From Octopus sinensis (taxonomy: Eukaryota): a stretch of DNA of 64,000 bases. The notes below the pieces were generated by a model, which made no database searches, was not told the DNA's origin, and was given only the letters and a program-made list of their open reading frames with translations. The stretch is from positions 23,250,001-23,314,000 of the forward strand of contig NC_043016.1 of NCBI RefSeq assembly GCF_006345805.1, read 5' to 3'. How positions within the stretch are numbered: the first letter of the stretch is position 1; each line of letters opens with the position of its first letter. This document shows, piece by piece, positions 12,478-24,517 of the stretch. Both the position numbers and the translations under genes were made by a program.

Positions 12478-14249
12478 TATTGGGTTTCTGGCAATGAAAG
12501 AATTAATCTATCATATTGGTTGCATTTAACAGTGTTTGTCTTGTTGGTGCAAACATTTGGATCAAGTCTCTAATTGAAGGACATTAAATCATAGGGACCT
12601 ATCAACAAGCATATTACCTTTACTTCATTATTTCTTTTCACCATAAGGGTAGTGTTGATTGGGGCTTAAAAGAGTTTTGGAAAGCATCTGTCTCATAGTA
12701 AAAGAATAGTACTTTCTTTTGAACAGTTCATCACAGGAACTGATTTTATCGATTCTAAAGGAATGTATGAATGAAGGAATGGAAGATATACCAGGATTTG
12801 ACAATAAAAATTTTGAAGTACTCAGTTTTGGGCTATTGCTAAAGTAACCTCCAGTCCTCAATGGATTGTTCCATCTGTACATGTTTCGCATCTTATTGAT
12901 ATAAAAGATTTCTTTCTAAGCCAAAGAGGGAACGTATAGGTGGTTGCTAGAAATGCTAGAAGTAGCAATCAAATTTCTTTCTCTCAAAACCACATCCTTG
13001 TTTTCCGTAAGGCGAGGAGATATATCGAACCAGGCAAAAGTTGTTCTGAATACTTTAAGCACAGAGACATGCAAATAAGGCATGGTCATTGATTGAATAC
13101 TTTTGATCTTAGGTGTACTTGACTAGGACTGACTTGAGGCAGGCAACAACAAAAACAAAAATGATTTCTTTCCACAAGGTAATTAAAACAGGCCAGTGAA
13201 ATTCGGTTCGTTAAAGAGTTTACTGATATCCTAATACAAATGGTATGCACTTACAAAGGAATGTAATATAATATGCCGAATCGCCTCAGTACAGGTATTT
13301 ATACCTCAGTACAGGTATTTATCTTTATGACCGCCAACCGTCGTGAGAATGTTACTCCTAATAATTTCAGTATTGACGGTTTATACGGCACTCAGAGCTC
13401 CAAAACTTCTCAAAAAAGGACTAGAAAATCAGCACACGTCCTATAAACACAAGGTCATAGTTTAAATTACAGGCAAGAGGTAGTTCAAATTGAGCCTACC
13501 TCAAATTAAGATGTCTTAATAAAGCCGTCACAAATTACCTTTTCGACAAAGTAAGAAAGGGTAAATTTTTCGTTTTGAAAGTAGTAAGAAGAGAAGAGGG
13601 GTATGGGAAAGGACTGTGTCTTTCTTAACTCTGGACGTGTTGAAAGGCAAAGTTATTTCTGTCGATATCAAGCACTGCGTCGACTATAACATCAGTTTCG
13701 TTTTGGGAAATAAAACAAGAGGCAACGTCCTTGCAAATCGGATCGGATCGGAAACTCATTTCTTTTCAATGTCACTCTGCTTTATGCCTTCCAATCCGTT
13801 GGTTAACAACCACATTTCTTTTCACTTTCTAAACACAAATCTGGTAGAGGGACGCCTATCTAAAGAAGGATTAAATTTTTTCCTCGGCACAGTATGACCC
13901 CCACCATTCCCAATTAAGAGGAACATTTATGGTATTTTATTTTCACATGAACAATGATTACATTTAAAGAGACACATGGCACATGGACTTGTAACTTAGC
14001 AGACTCATCAAGCATGCAAAACAAAATCTGCTTTTATTCTTCGACGGTACTTAGCAGCATTTAAAAGCGTGTCTGATGTACGGAATAACAGATGTCATTG
14101 CGAGAATGTAACACATCCAAAGTCCCAGTCTATAGTAACAAGATACCACCACTACGACTACTACTAACAATAATATTTAAATATATAGATGCACATGTAA
14201 GTAAAACAAATAATGGAAGCAGATAAAGACGTAAATTTAGTGAATTCAC

Positions 14250-14360
14250 CTGAGGCAAGTTAGGGTTATTCGATTCTGGGTAGGGATTCTTAAAATTCCT
14301 CCACGGACCGACTCTATCCGGATCCTCGTCGCCACCCTTAACCGGGTGACCTCCGTCCAT
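14250..14360 (-). CDS. OCIAD1: OCIA domain-containing protein 1 (asrij) orthologue, first coding exon (MDGGHPVKGGDEDPDRVGPWRNFKNPYPESNNPNLPQ)
   Basis: ATG at 14360-14358, 37 open codons, ends CAG|GTGAAT (phase 0). This matches the phase-0 acceptor of the 9676 exon. It lies in a CpG-rich region. The N-terminus is poorly conserved in this family, so the call rests on phase and position. Confidence 0.75.
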
Positions 14361-14556
14361 AGCCGGTATTTCGTCTGGCTGCCGCTACGTTCTGAGTTCA
14401 AATTCCGCCGAGGTCGATTTTGTCTTTCATCCTTTCGGGGTCGATTAAATAAGTTCCAGTTACGCACTGGGGATCGATCTAATCGACTTGATCCGTTTGC
14501 CTGTCCTTGTTTGTCCTCTCTGTGTTTAGACCCTTGTAGGTAGTAAAGAAATAGGT
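14361..14556 (+). mobile_element. 5'-truncated SINE family B directly upstream of the OCIAD1 ATG
   Basis: agccggtatttcgtct...gagttcaaattccgccgaggtcga...tttcatcctttcggggtcgat...gtagtaaagaaatagg matches 54416-54652. Confidence 0.9.
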
Positions 14557-14559
14557 AAT

Positions 14560-14860
14560 TCTGTCAGTACTTCCGTAACGTAAAGGGAGACAACTATCAA
14601 CGTCTTTGGTAACTTATAACTCGTCCGTGGCGGCTTAATTAACTTACTTAATTTTGACTTCGAACAGAATCAGAAAGAGAAACGGTATTGTATCGAGACA
14701 ACCAATGCTATCAAGTCATTGTTGTTAAACATTAATCCGTAAACGGGGTTTCTAACTGCTTATTTGCTAAATTTTATCAGCAGGTGATTGGCATTATTAT
14801 TCGAACAGAGTGTTGACTATAAGCACCTGCGGAGTTCTGCAATACGCACTCCATATAACC
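14560..14860 (-). promoter_or_regulatory. Probable OCIAD1 promoter / non-coding first exon region
   Basis: CpG-retaining unique sequence just upstream of the first coding exon. It has an ETS-like acttccg at ~14568 and a minus-strand donor TAA|gtaagt at 14648/14647. Confidence 0.45.
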
Positions 14861-14988
14861 CCTCATAACTTTATTATTTTTTTGGAATTTTTAGAAAATT
14901 TTTGCAAATTTGTATTCTACACACAGGAATTCACACGACTATATATATATATATATAAATAGTAAAAGAGAGTATATATATATATATG

Positions 14989-15390
14989 TACTCTTTTACT
15001 TGTTTCAGTCATTTGACTGCGGCCATGCTGCAGCACCGCCTTTAATCGAGCAAATCGACCCCGGGGCTTATTCTTTTGTAAGCCCAGTACTTATTCTATC
15101 GGTCTCTTTTGCCGAACCGCTAAGTAACGGGGACATAAACACACCAGCATCAGTTGTCACGCAATGCTAGGGGTACAAACACAGACACACAAACACACAC
15201 ACGCATATGTATACATACATATATATGATGGGCTTCTTTCAGTTTCCGTCTACCGAATCCACTCACAAGGCTTTGGTCGGCCCGAGGCTATAGTAGAAGA
15301 CACTTGCCCAAGGTGTCACGCAGTGGGACTGAACCCGGAACCATGTGGTTGGTAAACAAGCTACTTACCACACAGCCACTCCTGCGCCTA
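14989..15390 (-). mobile_element. SINE family A (young, CpG-retaining)
   Basis: Full-length copy. Confidence 0.9.
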
Positions 15391-16229
15391 TATATAAAGT
15401 AAAATTTCTAAATCATTGTTTAAAATACGGACAGTCCAAATTTTTGGCTTAAATCCCAGTCGTGTGAATTCCCGTGTGTAGAATTCAAATTCGTAAAAAT
15501 TTTCTGAAACTTCCCAAAACTAATAAGTTATGAGGGGTTATTATGGCTTTCTTAAAACAGAATTCTGCCGAAACGGCTTACGTTGTGTGTAAATTCAATG
15601 GTTAAGTCTAATGTTAGAATAGCTTAATAGAAGGAGCATCAAAAAATTACAAGGAAAAAAGTCAATTAACATCTAGTGTTAATGTTGACATTATTACCCA
15701 GAAACAAAATCGAAAGAAAAAAAAGTGCAACGGGTGTTAAAAAAAGGTGTAGGAAACGAATATGAAAACAAAAATGCCGAGAAAGTAACAGGAGGAGTTG
15801 AGAGGCCTTCGGAAAATTCACAAGATCCAATGTTTTTCCCTCGTGACTTTTAGGAAAATGGTCTGTTTTAAATGAAATTTTATATAAAAAAACCTTTCAA
15901 ACGGTATAGATTACGATTATAAAGAAAGTTGTTGGGAAAATCTCTTCCGAGGGGGTAGACTTCGGAAAATTCACAAGATCCGATGTTTCCCCCCGTAACT
16001 TTGAGGAAAATGGATATCTTTCTACTGCACACTCACGTAGGAAACGAATCTGAAAGCAAAAATGCACGAAAAGCGACTAGGAGTTGGGAGAGGACTTTGG
16101 AAAATTCGCAAGATTAACAAGATCCGAACTTTTCCCTCGTAACTTTGAGGAAAATATAATCCTTTTGAAATCACAAATTAGGCTTTTTCTCAGGAACTTA
16201 GAACTTAGGATGCTAAACATCCTTACTTC

Positions 16230-16273
<44 letters not shown>

Positions 16274-16379
16274 GAAGTAAAGACCCGAACCCTTCATAGT
16301 GATGTTTAGCATCCTAAGTTCTTGAGGAAAAGCCTAATTTATGATTTCAAAAGGATTATATTTTCCTCAAAGTTACGAG

Positions 16380-16448
16380 GCATATGGCATATTGGTTAAG
16401 AGCGCAGGCTACTAACCTCAAAATTCCGGGTTCGATTCCAGGCAGTGA

Positions 16449-16483
<35 letters not shown>

Positions 16484-16626
16484 GCATCGAAAAATACCTT
16501 AGGAATGAGAACCCAGGTTCGAAATTTCCCCAAGACACCTGATGAAGGCTGGAAGGTATATCAGCCGAAGCGTTGTGTTAACAACAAACAAGATGAGGAC
16601 AAATATCCGTCAAATGTAAATAATGT
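16380..16626 (+). mobile_element. tRNA-headed SINE, family D: tRNA-like head + (AAT)n + hammerhead-like tail
   Basis: A box tggcatattggtt, B box gggttcgattcc, (aat)n, then cacCTGATGAaggctg...cagccGAAGcgttgtgtt. Confidence 0.75.
16534..16579 (+). ncRNA. Minimal type-I hammerhead ribozyme motif with GAAA>GAAG change
   Basis: Stem I GACAC/GUGUU, core CUGAUGA(A), stem II GGCUG/CAGCC, then GAAG-CG-UU. Confidence 0.6.
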
Positions 16627-17879
16627 AAAAAATTGGTAATTTAAATTTGTATTCCCACCTTAATTAAGTGAGGCCATGTGTGTGTAAGAAAAAAAACATT
16701 TTCTTACAGAAAAGTATGCTATTAAAATGAATTATCTTTTACATATCTATTTTAAAAAATCACTGTGGATAAATGCCAGAAATGACCTCAGGCTCTCCAA
16801 TATTTAAAATTTAAACAATCAGGGTACAGAGTGGGGTTGAAAAAAAATCATAAATTTACAATTTTTTTTTTTAATAGTATAAATGTGTTTATGGGGAGGA
16901 AAATACTGAAAAACATCAATACATGCGAAAGTGTGGAAGAAATGAGGAGGGTTGTCTTGGAATGTGCTAGAAACCTCAGCCAAATCTCCCTTATATCACA
17001 ATATTTCCTCTGAAAATATTTACAATTTTTTTTTGATTTTTCACTGAAAAGTCTCCTCCCATAGTTTTAAGTGCAAAAAATTGGCCAAAATCGGTCTGGG
17101 GGAGTAAAAAAAATGAACTTATGTGGTCTTTCTGATCTGAAACCCCTCTACCCACCCCCTGGAAAAATTTTCCTCACAAATCTCTTTATAATCATAATCT
17201 ATGCCATTTGAAAAGTATTTGTATGAACTTTCATTAAAAGATACCAATTTTCCTGAAAATTATGAGGGAAAAAATCAGATTGCGTGAATTTTTCCAAAAT
17301 CCTCTCCCCACGCCTTCGGAAAAACTTTTCCCCACAAATTTCTTTATAATTGTAATCCTCCTTCAAAGAATACCAGATAAGCCACCCATAATTGGATACA
17401 ACTCACCCAACAAGAACTCACTACTTGAATGAACCATAAACAAAACTTGACTTAAACAGGATTCGAATAATCCTATCAGGTGGTGCTATTAAGTTAGACA
17501 TGGCCTGGACCAATCTTTGGTCAAAACATATCTAAGTTTTATCTAAGTTTTATGCCATTTGAAAGGTATTTATATAAAATTTCATTAAAAAAATCCATTT
17601 CCTTGAAAGTTTTGAAAGAAAAACTTGTATCGTGCGAATTTTCCAAAAGTCCTCTTTTCCCTCACTTCCCCGGTTCATTTGAGCAAAGTTTGGTTTTCAG
17701 ATTCGTTTACTACACATTTTTTTTTGCACCTATTACACTTGTGTTTTTTTTTTGTTTTGGTGGCTGGTGTTAAATTAGATATTAACCAAAAAATCTTTGT
17801 TTCCTCTGCTGTTGCTGTAACAACGTCCATCATCATCGTTATCACAACCCCTGGTACCACTGAGATGTATCTTTTCTGG

Positions 17880-18290
17880 TGTTTTTTGCCAATATCTACA
17901 TTATCCAATATGAATCATCTCTTCTGCCTCACTCACCCTTCTACCTCACATCCAATCACATTCAGTGTCTGAATTCACCTTCTAACTGTGAAACTTGCAA
18001 ATTACCTACACCTAACTTCCATCATTCACAGCACTGCCCTTCATCTATTTCTCTGATATTCTTCCATTAACATTGTATAATTTCGAGCCTTCCTTCCTCT
18101 TGCTTCCTGTATCCTTGTCTGCCATAACACAGTCAATTCATGCCGTCCATACAATGAACTGCATTTGGCACAAGAACTAATTCAGGTCTCAAAACCATGT
18201 TCATCATTTCTGTTAGCATTGCCTACTTCCCTTCCTCATCCACTAACATTCTCTCAGTTATCTAACACTGCTGACATCCTACAAGTACAT
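17880..18290 (-). mobile_element. Heavily decayed non-LTR (RTE-like) fragment
   Basis: Purine-rich coding-like remnant with endonuclease-domain-like stretches and many stops; weak match from memory only. Confidence 0.3.
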
Positions 18291-18350
18291 ATGTGAAGGG
18301 AGATTACAGTCTTCCCTTCTTTTTTATTTTGCCCCTTCACAGATTTAATA

Positions 18351-18585
18351 CCTATTTCTTTATTACCCACAAGGGGCTAAACATAGAGGGGACAAACAAG
18401 GACAGACATAGGTATTAAGTCGATTACATCGACCCCGGTGCGTAACTGGTACTTAATTTATCGACCCTGAAAGGATGAAAGGTAAAGTCGACCTCAGCGG
18501 AATTTGAACTCACAACGTAACGGCAGATGAAATACCGCTAAGTATTTCGCCCGGCGTGCTAACGTTTCTGCCAGCTCGCCGCCTT
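18351..18585 (-). mobile_element. SINE family B, full length
   Basis: Reverse complement of ggcgagctggcagaaacgttagcacg...aagaaatagg. Confidence 0.9.
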
Positions 18586-19544
18586 AATACCTTTTGATTT
18601 AATACCTTTTTTGCGGTCCCTTATCCTTCCTCGTTTGCACCACTTTGTAAATAACCTCTTCCAGCGGATGGAGTACAGGATGGTGTTTTCAAGTATAAGC
18701 TGAGAGAAACATGTCTACAGCAACAGAAAACATGTTCCAACATTCCCCTTGGTTTCTTTTTTTAAATTTTGCATCCCATTTTTATCAAATCCTTATCTCT
18801 TAACTGAATCTACTTCAATACAGATTGACCACCCCAATATTGAAAGTTGATTGTTCTATGTGATGTGCTTCCAATTTTCCGATTCATTTCATCACTCTGT
18901 GCCCATGCACACTGAACTTTTCCTAGTGTATTGCTTTGTGATTTTGCCTTTCTGACTGCTCTCTGACTGCTTCCACTGTTTTTATGAAAACAGGATTCCT
19001 CTGTGTTTTTCTTTCTTTCTTTCCTTTTTTTTTTTACTGCTTGGGATGAAGATTGAGTCAGTCAGCTTCTTTGTTATTTAACAATTCACCAGGATTTGTT
19101 TAACCCTCCTTTCTGTCATTGTCACTGTTACTGCTACTATTGCTGCTGCTGCTGCCACCACCACCACCACCACCACCACCACCAAATGAGGTAACCTTCA
19201 CGTAGTTGCTTGATCTGGTAAAACGGCAGTCAAATATTTTTTCCCAGTATAGTCAAGAGACCACTAAAAAACACTCCCACCAAGGTCTAGATTGCACCTC
19301 TGCCAACCAGACTCAGTAAACATCTTTCATCTACCCTGTGTCTAAGAGCATATACTTTAGCTTAGCACTGTTTTCGTGTTTTGCATCAAAGAAATGCTTA
19401 AGATACATTCTTACCACTTGCACTTCAAATGTGATGTCTTTCTTAGTATTCTCTTTGAGTTTACTAATTAGCTCTCTGGCTAAACTATTACTCTTATTAA
19501 ACTAATTTCATCTTAATTTTACTCCTTATCGAGCTCACTATGTG

Positions 19545-19622
19545 TTATATCTATGTGGTGCACCTGAGCACTTGTGGTGCACCTGAGCACTGTATACAAT
19601 AATTTCATTATTATTATTATTA
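19545..19622 (+). mobile_element. CR1 3' tail fragment (tgtggtgcacctgagcact x2 + (att)n)
   Basis: Reverse complement of the tail at 53255-53310. Confidence 0.65.
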
Positions 19623-20082
19623 AATGTTTTCTTCTCTTGATTCCGGTCTTATTCTAGAGAAGTAGATTTCTGATTAAGTAACTTAGCTAAGTATATAGAC
19701 CACAATTGTTGATATCCTATACTTCTTATCTGTCGATTTCTTAAAGATTCAATCTATGCAATCCTTTGACAGATGGCTGATTGAATGAAAGGAAAAAAAT
19801 GAACAAATGAACAAAGTATGGGGACGGAGGCCTAGGACCATGAAAAAAGTCAAGTACATCCCTGCTACATGAGCATAGTGGTGAATATTGCAATAATGTT
19901 TTGTAGGAGAGAAACACTCTGGTCGCTTTTGGAGATTGACTGAGCAGTTTCCCTGGAGAATTTTTAAGTTAGGAATTATAGATGACTTTCAAAATTCCTT
20001 GCTCTGACACTTGAAATCTGCCTATTAGTTGGAGAAGACAAAACAAAACAAAAAAATCTAATGGTAGTTTTTTTTTTGTATT

Positions 20083-20348
20083 ATTCTTTTATTGGTTTCA
20101 GTCATTTGATTGCGGCCATGCTCGAGCACTGCGTTTAGTTGAACAAATCTCCCCCAGAACTTATTCTTTGTAAGCCTAGTACTTGTTCTATTGGTCTCTT
20201 TTACCGAACTGCTAAGTTATTGGGGACGTAAACACACCAACATTGGTTGTTAAGTGGTGGGGGGACAAACACAGATACAAACATATGCATATATGCATAT
20301 ATATATATATATATATATATATAGATGATGATGATGATGATGATATAT

Positions 20349-20425
<77 letters not shown>

Positions 20426-20594
20426 AATATACGATGAGCTTCTTTCAGTTTCTGTCTACCAATCCGCTCACAAGGCTTTGGTTGGCCCAAGGCTATAGTA
20501 GAAGACACTTGTCCAAGGTGCTACACAGTGGGACTGAACCCAGAACCATGTGGTTGGGAAGCAAGCTTCTTACTATGCAGTCATAACTGCACCT
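20083..20594 (-). mobile_element. SINE family A with expanded internal TA/GAT microsatellite
   Basis: Both SINE halves are present around a ~150-bp simple-repeat core. Confidence 0.85.
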
Positions 20595-21309
20595 ATTTAA
20601 TTTTTGATTTTATTAATTATTTTTTTTCTTCTCAATTTCAAATTTCTAATTATATATTTTGGAAAATGTGGCAAAGATAATAGTTACATAAATAACACAT
20701 TTGTGTATCATACATATATAATACAAAACTGCATTGACATACAAATCCCAAACCGAAGAAAACAAGCTTGAGTGAAGAAAGAAAAACAAAAACAAGAAGA
20801 AAAAAAGAGGAACAAGAGGAAGAAAGAAAGAAATAATATCAATTCATCAGTAAATGCTTTGATTGGTTGCACGCCACAAGGTTCAATGGAACTTATTGAA
20901 GCATGCCAGCTCTCAAAGAAAAGGGGAGTTAATTTTGAAATGAATACAATCTAATCAAATGCATTATAAGCAGAGATGCAATAGCATTCTGTCCATCAAT
21001 CAATGAAGCGGATTGCCATGGTAAAATGAAGGGAACTGATTTATGAGAGTGAGGTGGTATTTCATAATGTTATTGTCTGTGAACTGAGTTCATCCATAAC
21101 TCTGATTTGCAGTAAGGTATACTTGGAGGACTTATGTGCTATATACACTGTCTAGACCTGATAACATTATCTCTGTAGATAAAAGGACCCCAGTGAACTC
21201 TGGTTTTAAACCAAACATGTGATAATGCTATGTATGTTTGGATCAACTGATATATTTTCTGTAATTCCTATGTATTTTTTTTTTCATTGCAGTTGAAGAT
21301 ATTAATTTA

Positions 21310-21495
21310 GCACTAAATCAAAATCAAAATCGATCAACATCAATGGAAATTGTAGCTGTGATACCAGTGCTGGTGGCACGTAAGAGAACCATCCGAATGT
21401 GGCCGTTTGCCAGCCTCATCTGGCACCTGTGCCGGTGGCACATAAAAAGCACCCACTACACTCACGGAGTGGTTGGCATTAGGAAGGGCATCCGA
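21310..21495 (+). repeat. Fragment of the RTE-tail repeat with ~61-bp units
   Basis: Matches the head and tail of 42560-43170. Confidence 0.75.
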
Positions 21496-22449
21496 TGTTT
21501 TGGTATGTGTAGCCAAAAAGACCAAATATTTATTTTCGATTGAGATACATCTACTGAAAGACAATCTCTGATTAGCTTTTACACTTCAAAACCAACCATT
21601 CACAACATTTGTTCTATCAGGCCTCAAAGTCCTTTCACCTTGTCTCACTTGGGCTGATCAATAGACTTGGATGTCTCAAGAGGGTTAATTCAAATCAAAG
21701 TGAATAAATAAACTTTACACTCGACAGAGTAATCTGAATACTAAAGGGTTAAATGGCTGTTTTTACTTCTTCTTTTACACCTCCTTTTAGTTCATTAAAC
21801 CATTTCTTATCCTTCATTTCTTCTATTACCTCATCTTTTACCTTCACCTCACTCTTGATTTTGCCTGCTTCTTTTCATTCCATTATTCTTACCTTCGTAT
21901 TTCTCCCACTGTTTCCACATCTTGTTCATATATGAAACCGCGTGTTCATGCCTTCCTTATCAGTTGCAGCCATTTTTTTCACTCTGCCCAAAACTTTCAA
22001 TCTTCCATTCCTCATGACAAGTTCACTCTATTCGTTTTTATTGATTTTACTACATAATATAATAAGTCTTGCTGATATAGAACAACACAGCCACTTTGAT
22101 TGTATGTGAAATATTTATATGGACCAAGCTTTAACATTGACAATAGAGTAAGACATTCCATTGACAAAAAATGTCATGAACTTTGACCCTTGTGTACAAA
22201 AAAAAATCACTCTTTAATTCTATTTAACCTCCGTGTGTACATATATACACACATACATACATTCACATACATATATATGTGAGTGTGTGTGTATGCATAT
22301 ATATATATGCATACACATATATACACACATACATACATTCACATACATACATATGTGAGTGTGTGTGTATGCATATATATATATATGCATACACACACAC
22401 TCACATATATATGTATGTATGTGTGTATATATGTACACACACAGGCACA

Positions 22450-22848
22450 TACTCTTTTACTTGTTTCAGTCATTTGGCTATGGCCATGCTGGAGCACTGC
22501 CTCTAGTCGAGCAAATCAACCCCAGGACTTATGCTTTGTAAGCCTAGTACTTATTCTATCGATCTCTTTTGCTGAACTGCTAAGTTACGGGGACATAAAC
22601 ACACCAGCATCGGTTGTCAAGCGATGTTGGAGGGACAAATACAGACAACAAACAGATACACGCACACACACATATACATATATACGATGGGCTTCTTTCA
22701 GTCTCCATCTACCAAATCCACTCACCAGGTATTGGTTGGCCCGAGGCTATAGTAGAAGACACTTGCCCAAGGTGCCATGCAGTGGGATTGAACCTGGAAC
22801 CATGTAGTTGGTAAGAAACCTACTTACCACACAGCCACTTTTGTGCCT
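22450..22848 (-). mobile_element. SINE family A
   Basis: Full-length copy. Confidence 0.88.
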
Positions 22849-23219
22849 ATAAACACAAATATTTATATATGAGTGGGTACTAAAAAGTAACTGTAACTGT
22901 GGGAGAAGCCTGTCATAGTTCAGGCTTCCACCACTAGTAGCCACTTAATGCAAACTTCAGGCATCGATCTGCCAACAGACATTGTCTGCTGAGGTCTTAC
23001 TGCCATGTGGTGTGTCTTTGTTTTGCAGTGCTTCTCCCCTGTTCGTTGATTTTTGAGATTTCCGAAATAAAGGAATAGCATGCTTCTGTGAAATTCTGTT
23101 TTTAGCTGGGGGAAACAGCTGCTGAAACAGTTCTCATGCGTCAAACAGCTTACAAGGCCACTTCCATGAGCAAAACACAAGTATACAAGAGGTTTTTATG
23201 CTTTAGGAATGGTCACTTG

Positions 23220-24144
23220 CAGTGGTGGCTTGTGTATAGGAACTGTGAAACTGCAGTACACCCTATTTCCACTCAATATTATCGATAGCATTGACAAAGT
23301 GGCGAGCCGGCAAAAACTTTAGCATGCCGGGCGAAATGCTTAGTGGTATTTCGTCTGTCTTTATGTTATGTGTTCAATTTCTGCCGAGGTCGACTTTGCC
23401 TTTCATCTTTTCTGGGTCGATAAATTAAGTACCAGTTGTGTACTGGGATCAGTCTGATCAACTGGCTCACTCCCCCAAAATTTCAAGCCTTGTTCCTAGA
23501 GTAGAAAAGAATATTATTGATAGCATTCAATATAATGAGTCCTTTTTTTCTTTAGTTCTTTCTTTATACATGTACATTATATAATCCTTAAGTTTAATGT
23601 CAGTAGCCATCCCCTAGTTTAGGAAAAAATACAAAAATGCTTTATAGAGCTTGTGCTTCACAGTTCCAACGACGCAGTGTTGGGCTGTTGTGGGCATGTT
23701 CATATGTCTGAGATAGGAAGCTTCACACAAGGGAGAGAGAGCACTGCATGAAATTCAGTACCAGGTGAAAGGTAGTGTTTCTTTTTGACTCTGTGTGTGT
23801 TGTACTTAAAAACGTGTTTATATTCTTGAATGTGATAAAGTGCAGAATTAGATTATTATCCTGCTTCCAGCTTCACTGTTGCTGCCAGGATTTGAAAAAT
23901 AGGGCACATTTCCCCACCTTATTTTGTGATTTAGAGGGGATTTTTGAAAAACAAGGGGGAATTTGTGGCGGTGTTTAGTGAAGAAATTAAACACACTACC
24001 TGGCAGTGTTTAAAATGTGAACCGTTCAAGTTTATGTATAGATTTTCTCTTTATATGTATATTTCCTTTTACACAATATTAAAACAATGGCTAAAAATTT
24101 TCTGAAGCAGCACCCCAACTAATTTTATCTATGAGCCACCACTG
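23220..24144. mobile_element. Non-autonomous hAT element (925 bp)
   Basis: TIRs CAGTGGTGGCT / AGCCACCACTG with an exact 8-bp TSD gtcacttg at 23212-23219 and 24145-24152. It contains a family B SINE at ~23297-23515. Confidence 0.9.
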
Positions 24145-24517
24145 GTCACTTGTTGCTTGAGGACCAACCTCATTCAGGACAACTGTTAATCTCTCCAACA
24201 AATGAAAACATGAAAATTCATGAACTGTACGTTATATGTTATATAGGAAAATAAATAAATTTTACTGATCTTGGAGGACCGTCACCAAACAATTGATGAA
24301 CTTGTTGATATGACTGGTATGTCCTGGGGCTCCTACCAATGAATTTTGAGTGAGGAATTGCAAATGAAAAGAGTTGCAGCAAAATTTGTGCTTCGCTTTC
24401 TCATGAAAGATCAAAAGCAGTCATGACTGAATGTATGTTGTGAGCTGAAAGAACAGTTAGAAGCTGATCTGAACCTTTTTTTCAAGGTCATTACTTGTGA
24501 CAAAAACTGGTGCTACA

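Larger units (their letters stand above)
15400..17670. repeat. Modular, partly inverted repeat complex (~120-150-bp modules containing ggaaaattcacaagatcc...cctcgtaactttgaggaaaat)
   Basis: Modules at ~15770, ~15950 and ~16060 in one orientation, and at ~16300, ~17200 and ~17560 in the other. Confidence 0.6.

Noticed and set aside
13270-13900. CpG-containing stretch as a nested ncRNA or gene (ORF 13616-13897)
   Set aside because: No recognisable snRNA/snoRNA boxes or homology; best explained as unmethylated promoter-proximal intron.
16381-16450. Possible tRNA gene
   Set aside because: The acceptor stem does not pair and there is no T-run terminator; it continues into a SINE body. The same holds for the heads of families A-C.
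21760-22030. Minus-strand donor GAAG|gtaaga with upstream coding-like sequence
   Set aside because: It translates as VMRNGRLKVLGRV.., a decayed RTE RT C-terminus.
22050-22189. Possible terminal exon (RSKFMTFFVNGMSYSIVNVKAWSI*) for the 25683 exon candidate
   Set aside because: The phase fits and an AATAAA follows, but the joined ~60-aa product is unrecognisable and several alternative acceptors fit equally well.
23640-23980. Exon-like, coding-looking sequence
   Set aside because: It lies inside the TIR/TSD-defined hAT element and has stops in the frames tested.
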